64,000 nt of DNA. Origin: Eledone cirrhosa. Its lineage: Eukaryota. The stretch spans positions 344,224,001-344,288,000 of the forward strand of contig OZ024742.1 in NCBI GenBank assembly GCA_964016885.1. Direction: 5' to 3'. Below the pieces are notes generated by a model. The model saw only the letters and a program-made list of their open reading frames with translations. It searched no databases and was not told the origin of the DNA. How positions within the stretch are numbered: the stretch's first letter is position 1; each line of letters begins with the position of its first letter. Below, piece after piece: positions 30,001-45,000 of this stretch. The translations under genes were made by a program, and so were the position numbers.

Positions 30001-33000
30001 TATATAGTTCCTCTTTAATATTGTAACTATTCCACTGTTGTGACATGTTATAGTCATTGTCAGCCATGTCACTGTAAATATATAGTTCCTCTTTAAGACT
30101 GTAACTATTACTCTGTTGTGACGTGTTATAGTCATTGTCAGCCATGTCACTGTAATATATAGTTCCTCTTTAAGACTGTAACAATTTCACTGTTGTGACA
30201 TTGTTATTGTCATTGTCAGCCATGTCACTGTAATATATAGTTCCTCTTTAAGACTAACTATTTCACTGTTGTGACATGTTATTGTCATTGTCAGCCATGT
30301 CACTGTAATATATAGTTCCTCTTTAAGACTAACTATTCCACTGTTGTCACATGTTATAGTCATTGTCAGCCATGTCACTGTAATATATAGTTCCTCTTTA
30401 AGACTGTAACTATTCCACTATTGTGACATGTTATAGTCATTGTCAGCCATGTCACTGTAATATATAGTTCCTCTTTAAGACTGTAACAATTTCACTGTTG
30501 TGACATGTTATAGTCATTGCTAGCCATGTCACTGTAATATATAGTTCCTCTTTAAGACTGTAACTATTCCACTGTTGTGACATGTTATAGTCATTGTTAG
30601 CCATGTCACTGTAATATATAGTTCCTCTTTAAGACTAACTATTCCACTGTTGTGACATGTTATAGTCATTGTCAGCCATGTCACTGTAATATATAGTTCC
30701 TCTTTAAGACTGTAACTATTCCACTGTTGTGACATATTATAGTCATTGTCAGCCATGTCACTGTAATATATAGTTCCTCTTTAAGACTGTAACTATTCCA
30801 CTGTTGTGACATGTTATAGTCATTGTCAGCCATGTCACTGTAATATATAGTTCCTCTTTAAGACTAACTATTCCACTGTTGTCACATGTTATAGTCATTG
30901 TCAGCCATGTCACTGTATAAGTTCCTCTTTAAGACTAACTATATCACTGTTGAGACATGTTATAGTCATTGTCAGCCATGTCATTGTAATATATAGTTCC
31001 TCTTTAAGACTAACTATTTCACTGTTGTGACATGTTATAGTCATTGTCAGCCATGTCACTGTAATATATAGTTCCTCTTTAAGACTGTAACTATTCCACT
31101 GTTGTCACATGTTATAGTCATTGTCAGCCATGTCACTGTAATATATAGTTCCTCTTTAAGACTAACTATTCCACTGTTGTGACATGTTATAGTCATTGTC
31201 AGCCATGTCACTGTAATATATAGTTCCTCTTTAAGACTGTAACTATTCCACTGTTATCACATGTTATAGTCATTGTCAGCCATGTCACTGTAATATATAG
31301 TTCCTCTTCAAGACTAACTATTCCACTGTTGTCACATGTTATAGTCATTGTCAGCCATGTCACTGTAATATATAGTTCCTCTTTAAGACTGTAACTTTTC
31401 CACTGTTGTGACATGTTATAGTCATTGTCAGCCATGTCACTGTAATATATAGTTCCTCTTTAAGACTGTAACTATTCCACTGTTGTCATATGTTATAGTC
31501 ATTGTCAGCCATGTCACTGTAATATATAGTTCCTCTTTAAGACTCTAACTATTCCACTGTTGTGACATGTTATAGTCATTGTCAGCCATGTCACTGCAAT
31601 ATATAGTTCCTCTTTAAGACTGTAACAATTTCACTGTTGTGACATGTTATAGTCATTGTTAGCCATGTCACTGTAATATATAGTTCCTCTTTAAGACTAA
31701 CTATTCCACTGTTGTGACATGTTATAGTCATTGTCAGCCATGTCACTGTAATATATAGTTCCTCTTTAAGACTGTAACTAATCCACTGTTGTGACATGTT
31801 ATAGTCATTGTCAGCCATGTCACTGTAATATATAGTTCCTCTTTAAGTCTAACTATTCCACTGTTGTGACATGTTATAATCATTGTCAGCCATGTCACTG
31901 TAATATATAGTTCCTCTTTAAGACTAACTATTCCACTGTTGTCACATGTTATAGTCATTGTCAGCCATGTCACTGTATAAGTTCCTCTTTAAGACTAACT
32001 ATATCACTGTTGTGACATGTTATAGTCATTGTCAGCCATGTCACTGTAATATATAGTTCCTCTTTAAGACTAACTATTTCACTGTTGTGACATGTTATAG
32101 TCATTGTCAGCCATGTCACTGTAATATATAGTTCCTCTTTAAGACTGTAACTATTCCACTGTTGTCACATGTTATAGTTATTGTCAGCCATGTCACTGTA
32201 ATATATAGTTCCTCTTTAAGACTAACTATTCCACTGTTGTCACATGTTATAGTCATTGTCAGCCATGTCACTGTAATATATAGTTCCTCTTTAAGACTGT
32301 AACTATTCCACTGTTATCACATGTTATAGTCATTGTCAGCCATGTCACTGTAATATATAGTTCCTCTTTAAGACTAACTATTCCACTGTTGTGACATGTT
32401 ATAGTCATTGTCAGCCATGTCACTGTAATATATAGTTCCTCTTTAAGATTGTAACTATTCCACTGTTGTAACATGTTATAGTCATTGTCAGCCATGTCAC
32501 TGTAATATATAGTTCCTCTTTAAGACTGTAACTATTCCACTGTTGTCACATGTTATAGTCATTGTCAGCCATGTCACTGTAATATATAGTTCCTCTTTAA
32601 GACTCTAACTATTCCACTGTTGTGACATGTTATAGTCATTGTCAGCCATGTCACTGTAATATATAGTTCCTCTTTAATATTGTAACTATTCCACTGTTGT
32701 GACATGTTATAGTCATTGTCAGCCATGTCACTGTAATATATAGTTCCTCTTTAAGACTGTAACTATTCCTCTGTTGTGACGTGTTATAGTCATTGTCAGC
32801 CATGTCACTGTAATATATAGTTCCTCTTTAAGACTGTAACAATTTCACTGTTGTGACATTGTTATTGTCATTGTCAGCCATGTCACTGTAATATATACTT
32901 CCTCTTTAAGACTAACTATTTCACTGTTGTGACATGTTATAGTCATTGTCAGCCATGTCACTGTAATATATAGTTCCTCTTTAAGACTGTAACTATTCCA

Positions 33001-36000
33001 CTGTTGTAACATGTTATAGTCATTGTCAGCCATGTCACTGTAATATATAGTTCCTCTTTAAGACTGTAACTATTCCACTGTTGTCACATGTTATAGTCAT
33101 TGTCAGCCATGTCACTGTAATATATAGTTCCTCTTTAAGACTGTAACTATTCCACTGTTGTCACAAGTTATAGTCATTGTCAGCCATGTCACTGTAATAT
33201 ATAGTTCCTCTTTAAGACTGTAACTATTCCACTGTTGTGACATGTTATAGTCATTGTCAGCCATGTCACTGTAATATATAGTTCCTCTTTAAGACTAACT
33301 ATTCCACTGTTGTCACATGTTATAGTCATTGTCGGCCATGTAACTGTAATATATAGTTCATCTTTAAGACTGTAACTATTCCACTGTTGTGACATGTTAT
33401 AGTCATTGTCAGCCATGTCACTGTAATATATAGTTCCTCTTTAAGACGGTAACTATTCCACTGTTGTCACATGTTATACTCATTGTCAGCCATGTCACTG
33501 TAATATATAGTTCCTCTTTAAGACTAACTATATCACTGTTGTCACATGTTATAGTCATTGTCAGCCATGTCACTGTAATATATAGTTCCTCTTTAAGACT
33601 GTAACTATTCCACTGTTGTCACATGTTATAGTCATTGTCAGCCATGTCACTGTAATATATAGTTCCTCTTTAAGACTGTAACTATTCCACTGTTGTGACA
33701 TGTTATAGTCATTGTCAGCCATGTCACTGTAATATATAGTTCCTCTTTAAGACTGTAACTATTCCACTGTTGTGACATGTTATAGTCATTGTCGGCCATG
33801 TCACTGTAATATATAGTTCCTCTTTAAGACTGTAACTATTCCACTGTTATGACATGTTATAGTCATTGTCAGCCATGTCACTGTAATATATAGTTCCTCT
33901 TTAAGACTGTCACTATTCGACTGTTGTGACATGTTATAGTCATTGTCAGCCATGTCACTGTAATATATAGTTCCTCTTTAAGACTGTAACAATTTCACTG
34001 TTGTGACATGTTATAGTCATTGTCAGCCATGTCACTGTAATATATTGTTCCTCTTTAAGACTGTAACTATTCCACTGTTGTGACATGTTATAGTCATTGT
34101 TAGCCATGTCACTGTAATATATAGTTCCTCTTAAAGACTAACTATTCCACTGTTGTGACATGTTATAGTCATTGTCAGCCATGTCACTGTAATATATAGT
34201 TCCTCTTTAAGACTAACTATTCCACTGTTGTCACAAGTTATAGTCATTGTCAGCCATGTCACTGTAATATATAGTTCCTCTTTAAGACTGTAACTATTCC
34301 ACTGTTGTGACATGTTATAGTCATTGTCAGCCATGTCACTGTAATATATAGTTCCTCTTTAAGACTGTAACAATTTCACTGTTGTGACATGTTATAGTCA
34401 TTGTCAGCCATGTCACTGTAATATATAGTTCCTCTTTAAGAGTGTAACTATTCCACTGTTGTGACATGTTATAGTCATTGTTAGCCATGTCACAGTAATA
34501 TATAGTTCCTCTTTAAGACTAACTATTCCACTGTTGTGACATGTTATAGTCATTGTCAGCCATGTCACTGTAATATATAGTTCCTCTTTAAGACTGTAAC
34601 TATTCCACTGTTGTGACATGTTATAGTCATTGTCAGCCATGTCACTGTAATATATAGTTCCTCTTTAAGACTGTAACTATTCCACTGTTGTGACATGTTA
34701 TAGTCATTGTCAGCCATGTCACTGTAATATATAGTTCCTCTTTAAGACTAACTATTCCACTGTTGTGACATGTTATAATCATTGTCAGCCATGTCACTGT
34801 AATATATAGTTCCTCTTTAAGACTAACTATTCCACTGTTGTCACATGTTATAGTCATTGTCAGCCATGTCACTGTATAAGTTCCTCTTTAAGACTAACTA
34901 TATCACTGTTGAGACATGTTATAGTCATTGTCAGCCATGTCATTGTAATATATAGTTCCTCTTTAAGACTAACTATTTCACTGTTGTGACATGTTATAGT
35001 CATTGTCAGCCATGTCACTGTAATATATAGTTCCTCTTTAAGACTGTAACTATTCCACTGTTGTCACATGTTATAGTCATTGTCAGCCATGTCACTGTAA
35101 TATATAGTTCCTCTTTAAGACTAACTATTCCACTGTTGTGACATGTTATAGTCATTGTCAGCCATGTCACTGTAATATATAGTTCCTCTTTAAGACTGTA
35201 ACTATTCCACTGTTGTGACATGTTATAGTCATTGTCAGCCATGTCACTGTAATATATAGTTCCTCTTTAAGACTGTAACTATTCCACTGTTGTCTCATGT
35301 TATAGTCATTGTCAGCCATGTCACTGTAATATATAGTTCCTCTTTAAGACTCTAACTATTCCACTGTTGTGACATGTTATAGTCATTGTCAGCCATGTCA
35401 CTGCACTATATAGTTCCTCTTTAAGACTGTAACAATTTCACTGTTGTGACATGTTATAGTCATTGTTAGCCATGTCACTGTAATATATAGTTCCTCTTTA
35501 AGACTGTAACAATTTCACTGTTGTGACATTGTTATTGTCATTGTCAGCCATGTCACTGTAATATATAGTTCCTCTTTAAGACTGTAACTATTCCACTGTT
35601 GTGACATGTTATAGTCATTGTCAGCCATGTCACTGTAATATATAGTTCCTCTTTAAGACTGTAACTAATCCACTGTTGTGACATGTTATAGTCATTGTCA
35701 GCCATGTCACTGTAATATATAGTTCCTCTTTAAGACTAACTATTCCACTGTTGTGACATGTTATAATCATTGTCAGCCATGTCACTGTAATATATAGTTC
35801 CTCTTTAAGACTAACTATTCCACTGTTGTCACATGTTATAGTCATTGTCAGCCATGTCACTGTATAAGTTCCTCTTTAAGACTAACTATATCACTGTTGT
35901 GACATGTTATAGTCATTGTCAGCCATGTCACTGTAATATATAGTTCCTCTTTAAGACTGTAACTATTCCACTGTTGTCACATGTTATAGTTATTGTCAGC

Positions 36001-39000
36001 CATGTCACTGTAATATATAGTTCCTCTTTAAGACTAACTATTCCACTGTTGTCACATGTTATAGTCATTGTCAGCCATGTCACTGTAATATATAGTTCCT
36101 CTTTAAGACTGTAACTATTCCACTGTTATCACATGTTATAGTCATTGTCAGCCATGTCACTGTAATATATAGTTCCTCTTTAAGACTAACTATTCCACTG
36201 TTGTGACATGTTATAGTCATTGTCAGCCATGTCACTGTAATATATAGTTCCTCTTTAAGACTGTAACTATTCCACTGTTGTCACATGTTATAGTCATTGT
36301 CAGCCATGTCACTGTAATATATAGTTCCTCTTTAAGACTCTAACTATTCCACTGTTGTGACATGTTATAGTCATTGTCAGCCATGTCACTGTAATATATA
36401 GTTCCTCTTTAATATTGTAACTATTCCACTGTTGTGACATGTTATAGTCATTGTCAGCCATGTCACCGTAATATATAGTTCCTCTTTAAGACTGTAACTA
36501 TTCCTCTGTTGTGACGTGTTATAGTCATTGTCAGCCATGTCACTGTAATATATAGTTCCTCTTTAAGACTAACTATTTCACTGTTGTGACATGTTATAGT
36601 CATTGTCAGCCATGTCACTGTAATATATAGTTCCTCTTTAAGACTGTAACTATTCCACTGTTGTAACATGTTATAGTCATTGTCAGCCATGTCACTGTAA
36701 TATATAGTTCCTCTTTAAGACTGTAACTATTCCACTGTTGTCACATGTTATAGTCATTGTCAGCCATGTCACTGTAATATATAGTTCCTCTTTAAGAGTA
36801 ACTATTTCACTGTTGTGACATGTTATAGTCATTGTCAGCCATGTCACTGTAATATATAGTTCCTCTTTAAGACTGTAACTATTCTACTGTTGTAACATGT
36901 TATAGTCATTGTCAGCCATGTCACTGTAATATATAGTTCCTCTTTAAGACTGTAACTATTCCACTGTTGTCACATGTTATAGTCATTGTCAGCCATGTCA
37001 CTGTAATATATAGTTCCTCTTTAAGACTCTAACTATTCCACTGTTGTGACATGTTATAGTCATTGTCAGCCATGTCATTGTAATATATAGTTCCTCTTTA
37101 AGATTGTAACTATTCCACTGTTGTGATATGTTATAGTCATTGTCAGCCATGTCACTGTAATATATAGTTCCTCTTTAAGACTGTAACTATTCCTCTGTTG
37201 TGACGTGTTATAGTCATTGTCAGCCATGTCACTGTAATATATAGTTCCTCTTTAAGACTGTAACAATTTCACTGTTGTGACATGTTATTGTCATTGTCAG
37301 CCATGTCACTGTAATATATAGTTCCTCTTTAAGACTGTAACTATTTCACTGTTGTGACATGTTATAGTCATTGTCAGCCATGTCACTGTAATATATAGTT
37401 CCTCTTTAAGACTGTAACTATTCCACTGTTGTGCCATTCTATTGTCATTGTCAGCCATGTCACTGTAATATATAGTTCCTCTTTAAGACTGTAACTATTC
37501 CACTGCTGTGACATGTTATAGTCATTGTCAGCCATCTCACTGTAATATATAGTTCCTCTTTAAGACTAACTATTCCAATGTTGTCACATGTTATAGTCAT
37601 TGTCAGCCATGTCACTGTAATATGTAGTTCCTCTTTAAGGCTAACTATTTCACCGTTGTCACATGTTATAGTCATTGTCAGCCATGTCACTGTAATATAT
37701 AGTTCCTCTTTAAGACTCTAACTATTCCACTGTTGTAACATGTTATAGTCATTGTCAGTCATGTCACTGCAATATATAGTTCCTCTTTAAGACTGTAACA
37801 ATTTCACTGTTGTGACATGTTATAGTCATTGTTAGCCATGTCACTGTAATATATAGTTCCTCTTTAAGACTAACTATTCCACTGTTGTCACATGTTATAG
37901 TCATTGTCAGCCATGTCACTGTAATATATAGTTCCTCTTTAAGACTGTAACTATTCCACTGTTGTAACATGTTATAGTCATTGTCAGCCATGTCACTGTA
38001 ATATATAGTTCCTCTTTAAGACTGTAACTATTCCACTGTTGTCACATGTTATAGTCATTGTCAGCCATGTCACTGTAATATATAGTTCCTCTTTAAGACT
38101 GTAACTATTCCACTGTTGTGACATGTTATAGTCATTGTCAGCCATGTCACTGTAATATATGGTTCCTCTTTAAGATTGTAACTATTCCACTGTTGTGACA
38201 TGTTATAGTCATTGTCAGCCATGTCACTGTAATATATAGTTCCTCTTTAAGACTGTAACTATTCCACTGTTGTCACAAGTTATAGTCATTGTCAGCCATG
38301 TCACTGTAATATATAGTTCCTCTTTAAGACTGTAACTATTCCACTGTTGTGACATGTTATAGTCATTGTCAGCCATGTCACTGTAATATATAGTTCCTCT
38401 TTAAGACTAACTATTCCACTGTTGTCACATGTTATAGTCATTGTCAGCCATGTCACTGTAATATGTAGTTCCTCTTTAAGGCTAACTATTTCACCGTTGT
38501 CACATGTTATAGTCATTGTCAGCCATGTCACTGTAATATATAGTTCCTCTTTAAGACTCTAACTATTCCACTGTTGTAACATGTTATAGTCATTGTCAGC
38601 CATGTCACTGTAATATATAGTTCCTCTTTAAGACTGTAACAATTTCACTGTTGTGACATTGTTATTGTCATTGTCAGCCATGTCACTGTAATATATAGTT
38701 CCTCTTTAAGACTAACTATTTCACTGTTGTGACATGTTATAGTCATTGTCAGCCATGTCACTGTAATATATAGTTCCTCTTTAAGACTGTAACTATTCCA
38801 CTGTTGTAACATGTTATAGTCATTGTCAGCCATGTCACTGTAATATATAGTTCCTCTTTAAGACTGTAACTATTCCACTGTTGTCACATGTTATAGTCAT
38901 TGTCAGCCATGTCACTGTAATATATAGTTCCTCTTTAAGACTCTAACTATTCCACAGTTGTGACATGTTATAGTCATTGTCAGCCATGTCACTGTAATAT

Positions 39001-42000
39001 ATAGTTCCTCTTTAAGATTGTAACTATTCCACTGTTGTGACATGTTATAGTCATTGTCAGCCATGTCACTGTAATATATAGTTCCTCTTTAAGACTGTAA
39101 CTATTCCACTGTTGTAACATGTTATAGTCATTGTCAGCCATGTCACTGTAATATATAGTTCCTCTTTAAGACTGTAACTATTCCACTGTTGTCACATGTT
39201 ATAGTCATTGTCAGCCATGTCACTGTAATATATAGTTCCTCTTTAAGACTAACTATTCCACTGTTGTCACATGTTATAGTCATTGTCAGCCATGTCACTG
39301 TAATATATAGTTCCTCTTTAAGACTGTAACTATTCCACTGTTATCACATGTTATAGTCAGTGTCAGCCATGTCACTGTAATATATAGTTCCTCTTTAAGA
39401 CTAACTATTCCACTGTTGTGACATGTTATCGTCATTGTCAGCCATGTCACTGTAATATATAGTTCCTCTTTAAGACTGTAACTATTCCACTGTTGTCACA
39501 TGTTATAGTCATTGTCAGCCATGTCACTGTAATATATAGTTCCTCTTTAAGACTCTAACTATTCCACTGTTGTGACATGTTATAGTCATTGTCAGCCATG
39601 TCACTGTAATATATAGTTCCTCTTTAATATTGTAACTATTCCACTGTTGTGACATGTTATAGTCATTGTCAGCCATGTCACCGTAATATATAGTTCCTCT
39701 TTAAGACTGTAACTATTCCTCTGTTGTGACGTGTTATAGTCATTGTCAGCCATGTCACTGTAATATATAGTTCCTCTTTAAGACTGTAACAATTTCACTG
39801 TTGTGACATTGTTATTGTCATTGTCAGCCATGTCACTGTAATATATAGTTCCTCTTTAAGACTAACTATTTCACTGTTGTGACATGTTATAGTTATTGTC
39901 AGCCATGTCACTGTAATATATAGTTCCTCTTTAAGACTCTAACTATTCCACTGTTGTGACATGTTATAGTCATTGTCAGCCATGTCACTGTAATATATAG
40001 TTCCTCTTTAAGATTGTAACTATTCCACTGTTGTGACATGTTATAGTAATTGTCAGCCATGTCACTGTAATATATAGTTCCTCTTTAAGACTCTAACTAT
40101 TCCACTGTTGTGACATGTTATAGTCATTGTCAGCCATGTCACTGTAATATATAGTTCCTCTTTAAGACTGTAACTATTCCACTGTTGTGACATGTTATAG
40201 TAATTGTCAGCCATGTCACTGTAATATATAGTTCCTCTTTAAGACTGTAACTATTCCACTGTTGTGACATGTTATAGTCATTGTCAGCCATGTCACTGTA
40301 ATATATAGTTCCTCTTTAAGACTGTAACTATTCCACTGTTGTGACATGTTATAGTCATTGTCAGCCATGTCACTGTAATATATAGTTCCTCTTTAAGACT
40401 AACTATTCCACTGTTGTCACATGTTATAGTCATTGTCAGCCATGTCACTGTAATATATAGTTCCTCTTTAAGACTGTAACTATTTCACTGTTGTGACATG
40501 TCAGTCATTGTCAGCCATGTCACTGTATAAGTTCCTCTTTAAGACTAACTATATCACTGTTGTGACATGTTATAGTCATTGTCAGCCATGTCACTGTAAT
40601 ATATAGTTCCTCTTTAAGACTCTAACTATTCCACTGTTGTAACATGTTATAGTCATTGTCAGCCATGTCACTGCAATATATAGTTCCTCTTTAAGACTGT
40701 AACAATTTCACTGTTGTGACCTGTTATAGTCATTGTTAGCCATGTCACTGTAATATATAGTTCCTCTTTAAGACTAACTATTCCACTGTTGTGACATGTT
40801 ATAGTCATTGTCAGCCATGTCACTGTAATATATAGTTCCTCTTTAAGACTGTAACTATTCCACTGTTGTAACATGTTATAGTCATTGTCAGCCATGTCAC
40901 TGTAATATATAGTTCCTCTTTAAGACTGTAACTATTCCTCTGTTGTGACGTGTTATAGTCATTGTCAGCCATGTCACTGTAATATATAGTTCCTCTTTAA
41001 GACTGTAACAATTTCACTGTTGTGACATTGTTATTGTCATTGTCAGCCATGTCACTGTAATATATAGTTCCTCTTTAAGACTAACTATTTCACTGTTGTG
41101 ACATGTTATAGTCATTGTCTGCCATGTCACTGTAATATATAGCTCCTATTTAAGACTGTAACTATTCCACTGTTGTAACATATTATAGTAATTGTCAGCC
41201 CTGTCACTGTAATATATAGTTCCTCTTTAAGACTGTAACTATTCCACTGTTGTCACATGTTATAGTCATTGTCAGCCATGTCACTGTAATATATAGTTCC
41301 TCTTTAAGACTCTAACTATTCCACTGTTGTGACATGTTATAGTCATTGTCAGCCATGTCACTGTAATATATAGTTCCTCTTTAAGATTGTAACTATTCCA
41401 CTGTTGTGACATGTTATAGTCATTGTCAACCATGTCACTGTAATATATAGTTCCTCTTTAAGACTGTAACTATTCCTCTGTTGTGACGTGTTAAAGTCAT
41501 TGTCAGCCATGTCACTGTAATATATAGTTCCTCTTTAAGACTGTAACAATGTCACTGTTGTGACATGTTATTGTCATTGTCAGCCATGTCACTGTAATAT
41601 ATAGTTCCTCTTTAAGACTGTAACTATTTCACTGTTGTGACAAGTTATAGTCATTGTCAGCCATGTCACTGTAATATATAGTTCCTCTTTAAGACTGTAA
41701 CTATTCCACTGTTGGGCCATGTTATTGTCATTGTCAGCCATGTCACTGTAATATATAGTTCCTCTTTAAGACTGTAACTATTCCACTGTTGTGACATGTT
41801 ATAGTCATTGTCAGCCATGTCACTGTAATATATAGTTCCTCTTTAAGACTAACTATTCAACTGTTGTCACATGTTATAGTCATTGTCAGCCATGTCACTG
41901 TAATATATAGTTCCTCTTTAAGACTGTAACTATTTCATTGTTGTGACATGTTATAGTCATTGTCAGCCATGTCACTGTATAAGTTCCTCTTAAATCTAAC

Positions 42001-45000
42001 TATATCACTGTTGTGACATTTTATAGTCATTGTCAGCCATGCCACTGTAATATGTAGTTCCTCTTTAAGACTACCTATTTCACCGTTGTGACATGTTATA
42101 GTCATTGTCAGCCATGTCACTGTAATATATAGTTCCTCTTTAAGACTGTAACTATTCCACTGTTGTGACATGTTATAGTCATTGTCAGCCATGTCACTGT
42201 AATATATAGTTCCTCTTTAAGACTGTAACAATTTCACTGTTGTGACATGTTATTGTCATTGTCAGCCATGTCACTGTAATATATAGTTCCTCTTTAAGAC
42301 TAACTATTCCACTGTTGTCACATGTTATAGTCATTGTCAGCCATGTCACTGTAATATATAGTTCCTCTTTAAGACTGTAACAATTCCACTGTTGTAACAT
42401 GTTATAGTCATTGTCAGCCATGTCACTGTAATATATAGTTCCTCTTTAAGACTGTAACTATTCCACTGTTGTCACATGTTATAGTCATTGTCAGCCATGT
42501 CACTGTAATATATAGTTCCTCTTTAAGACTCTAACTATTCCACAGTTGTGACATGTTATAGTCATTGTCAGCCATGTCACTGTAATATATAGTTCCTCTT
42601 TAAGATTGTAACTATTCCACTGTTGTGACATGTTATAGTCATTGTCAGCCATGTCACTGTAATATATAGTTCCTCTTTAAGACTGTAACTATTCCACTGT
42701 TGAAACATGTTATAGTCATTGTCAGCCATGTCACTGTAATATATAGTTCCTCTTTAAGACTGTAACTATTCCACTGTTGTCACATGTTATAGTCATTGTC
42801 AGCCATGTCACTGTAATATATAGTTCCTCTTTAAGACTAACTATTCCACTGTTGTCACATGTTATAGTCATTGTCAGCCATGTCACTGTAATATATAGTT
42901 CCTCTTTAAGACTGTAACTATTCCACTGTTATCACATGTTATAGTCAGTGTCAGCCATGTCACTGTAATATATAGTTCCTCTTTAAGACTAACTATTCCA
43001 CTGTTGTGACATGTTATCGTCATTGTCAGCCATGTCACTGTAATATATAGTTCCTCTTTAAGACTGTAACTATTCAACTGTTGTCACATGTTATAGTCAT
43101 TGTCAGCCATGTCACTGTAATATATAGTTCCTCTTTAAGACTCTAACTATTCCACTGTTGTGACATGTTATAGTCATTGTCAGCCATGTCACCGTAATAT
43201 ATAGTTCCTCTTTAAGACTGTAACTATTCCTCTGTTGTGACGTGTTATAGTCATTGTCAGCCATGTCACTGTAATATATAGTTCCTCTTTAAGACTGTAA
43301 CAATTTCACTGTTGTGACATTGTTATTGTCATTGTCAGCCATGTCACTGTAATATATAGTTCCTCTTTAAGACTAACTATTTCACTGTTGTGACATGTTA
43401 TAGTTATTGTCAGCCATGTCACTGTAATATATAGTTCCTCTTTAAGACTCTAACTATTCCACTGTTGTGACATGTTATAGTCATTGTCAGCCATGTCACT
43501 GTAATATATAGTTCCTCTTTAAGATTGTAACTATTCCACTGTTGTGACATGTTATAGTAATTGTCAGCCATGTCACTGTAATATATAGTTCCTCTTTAAG
43601 ACTGTAACTATTCCACTGTTGTGACATGTTATAGTCATTGTCAGCCATGTCACTGTAATATATAGTTCCTCTTTAAGACTAACTATTCCACTGTTGTCAC
43701 ATGTTATAGTCATTGTCAGCCATGTCACTGTAATATATAGTTCCTCTTTAAGACTGTAACTATTTCACTGTTGTGACATGTCAGTCATTGTCAGCCATGT
43801 CACTGTATAAGTTCCTCTTTAAGACTAACTATATCACTGTTGTGACATGTTATAGTCATTGTCAGCCATGTCACTGTAATATATAGTTCCTCTTTAAGAC
43901 TCTAACTATTCCACTGTTGTAACATGTTATAGTCATTGTCAGCCATGTCACTGCAATATATAGTTCCTCTTTAAGACTGTAACAATTTCACTGTTGTGAC
44001 ATGTTATAGTCATTGTTAGCCATGTCACTGTAATATATAGTTCCTCTTGAAGACTAACTATTCCACTGTTGTGACATGTTATAGTCATTGTCAGCCATGT
44101 CACTGTAATATATAGTTCCTCTTTAAGACTGTAACTATTCCACTGTTGTAACATGTTATAGTCATTGTCAGCCATGTCACTGTAATATATAGTTCCTCTT
44201 TAAGACTGTAACTATTCCTCTGTTGTGACGTGTTATAGTCATTGTCAGCCATGTCACTGTAATATATAGTTCCTCTTTAAGACTGTAACAATTTCACTGT
44301 TGTGACATTGTTATTGTCATTGTCAGCCATGTCACTGTAATATATAGTTCCTCTTTAAGACTAACTATTTCACTGTTGTGACATGTTATAGTCATTGTCT
44401 GCCATGTCACTGTAATATATAGCTCCTATTTAAGACTGTAACTATTCCACTGTTGTAACATATTATAGTAATTGTCAGCCCTGTCACTGTAATATATAGT
44501 TCCTCTTTAAGACTGTAACTATTCCACTGTTGTCACATGTTATAGTCATTGTCAGCCATGTCACTGTAATATATAGTTCCTCTTTAAGACTCTAACTATT
44601 CCACTGTTGTGACATGTTATAGTCATTGTCAGCCATGTCACTGTAATATATAGTTCCTCTTTAAGATTGTAACTATTCCACTGTTGTGACATGTTATAGT
44701 CATTGTCAGCCATGTCACTGTAATATATAGTTCCTCTTTAAGACTAACTATTCAACTGTTGTCACATGTTATAGTCATTGTCAGCCATGTCACTGTAATA
44801 TATAGTTCCTCTTTAAGACTGTAACTATTTCATTGTTGTGACATGTTATAGTCATTGTCAGCCATGTCACTGTATAAGTTCCTCTTAAAACTAACTATAT
44901 CACTGTTGTGACATTTTATAGTCATTGTCAGCCATGCCACTGTAATATGTAGTTCCTCTTTAAGACTACCTATTTCACCGTTGTGACATGTTATAGTCAT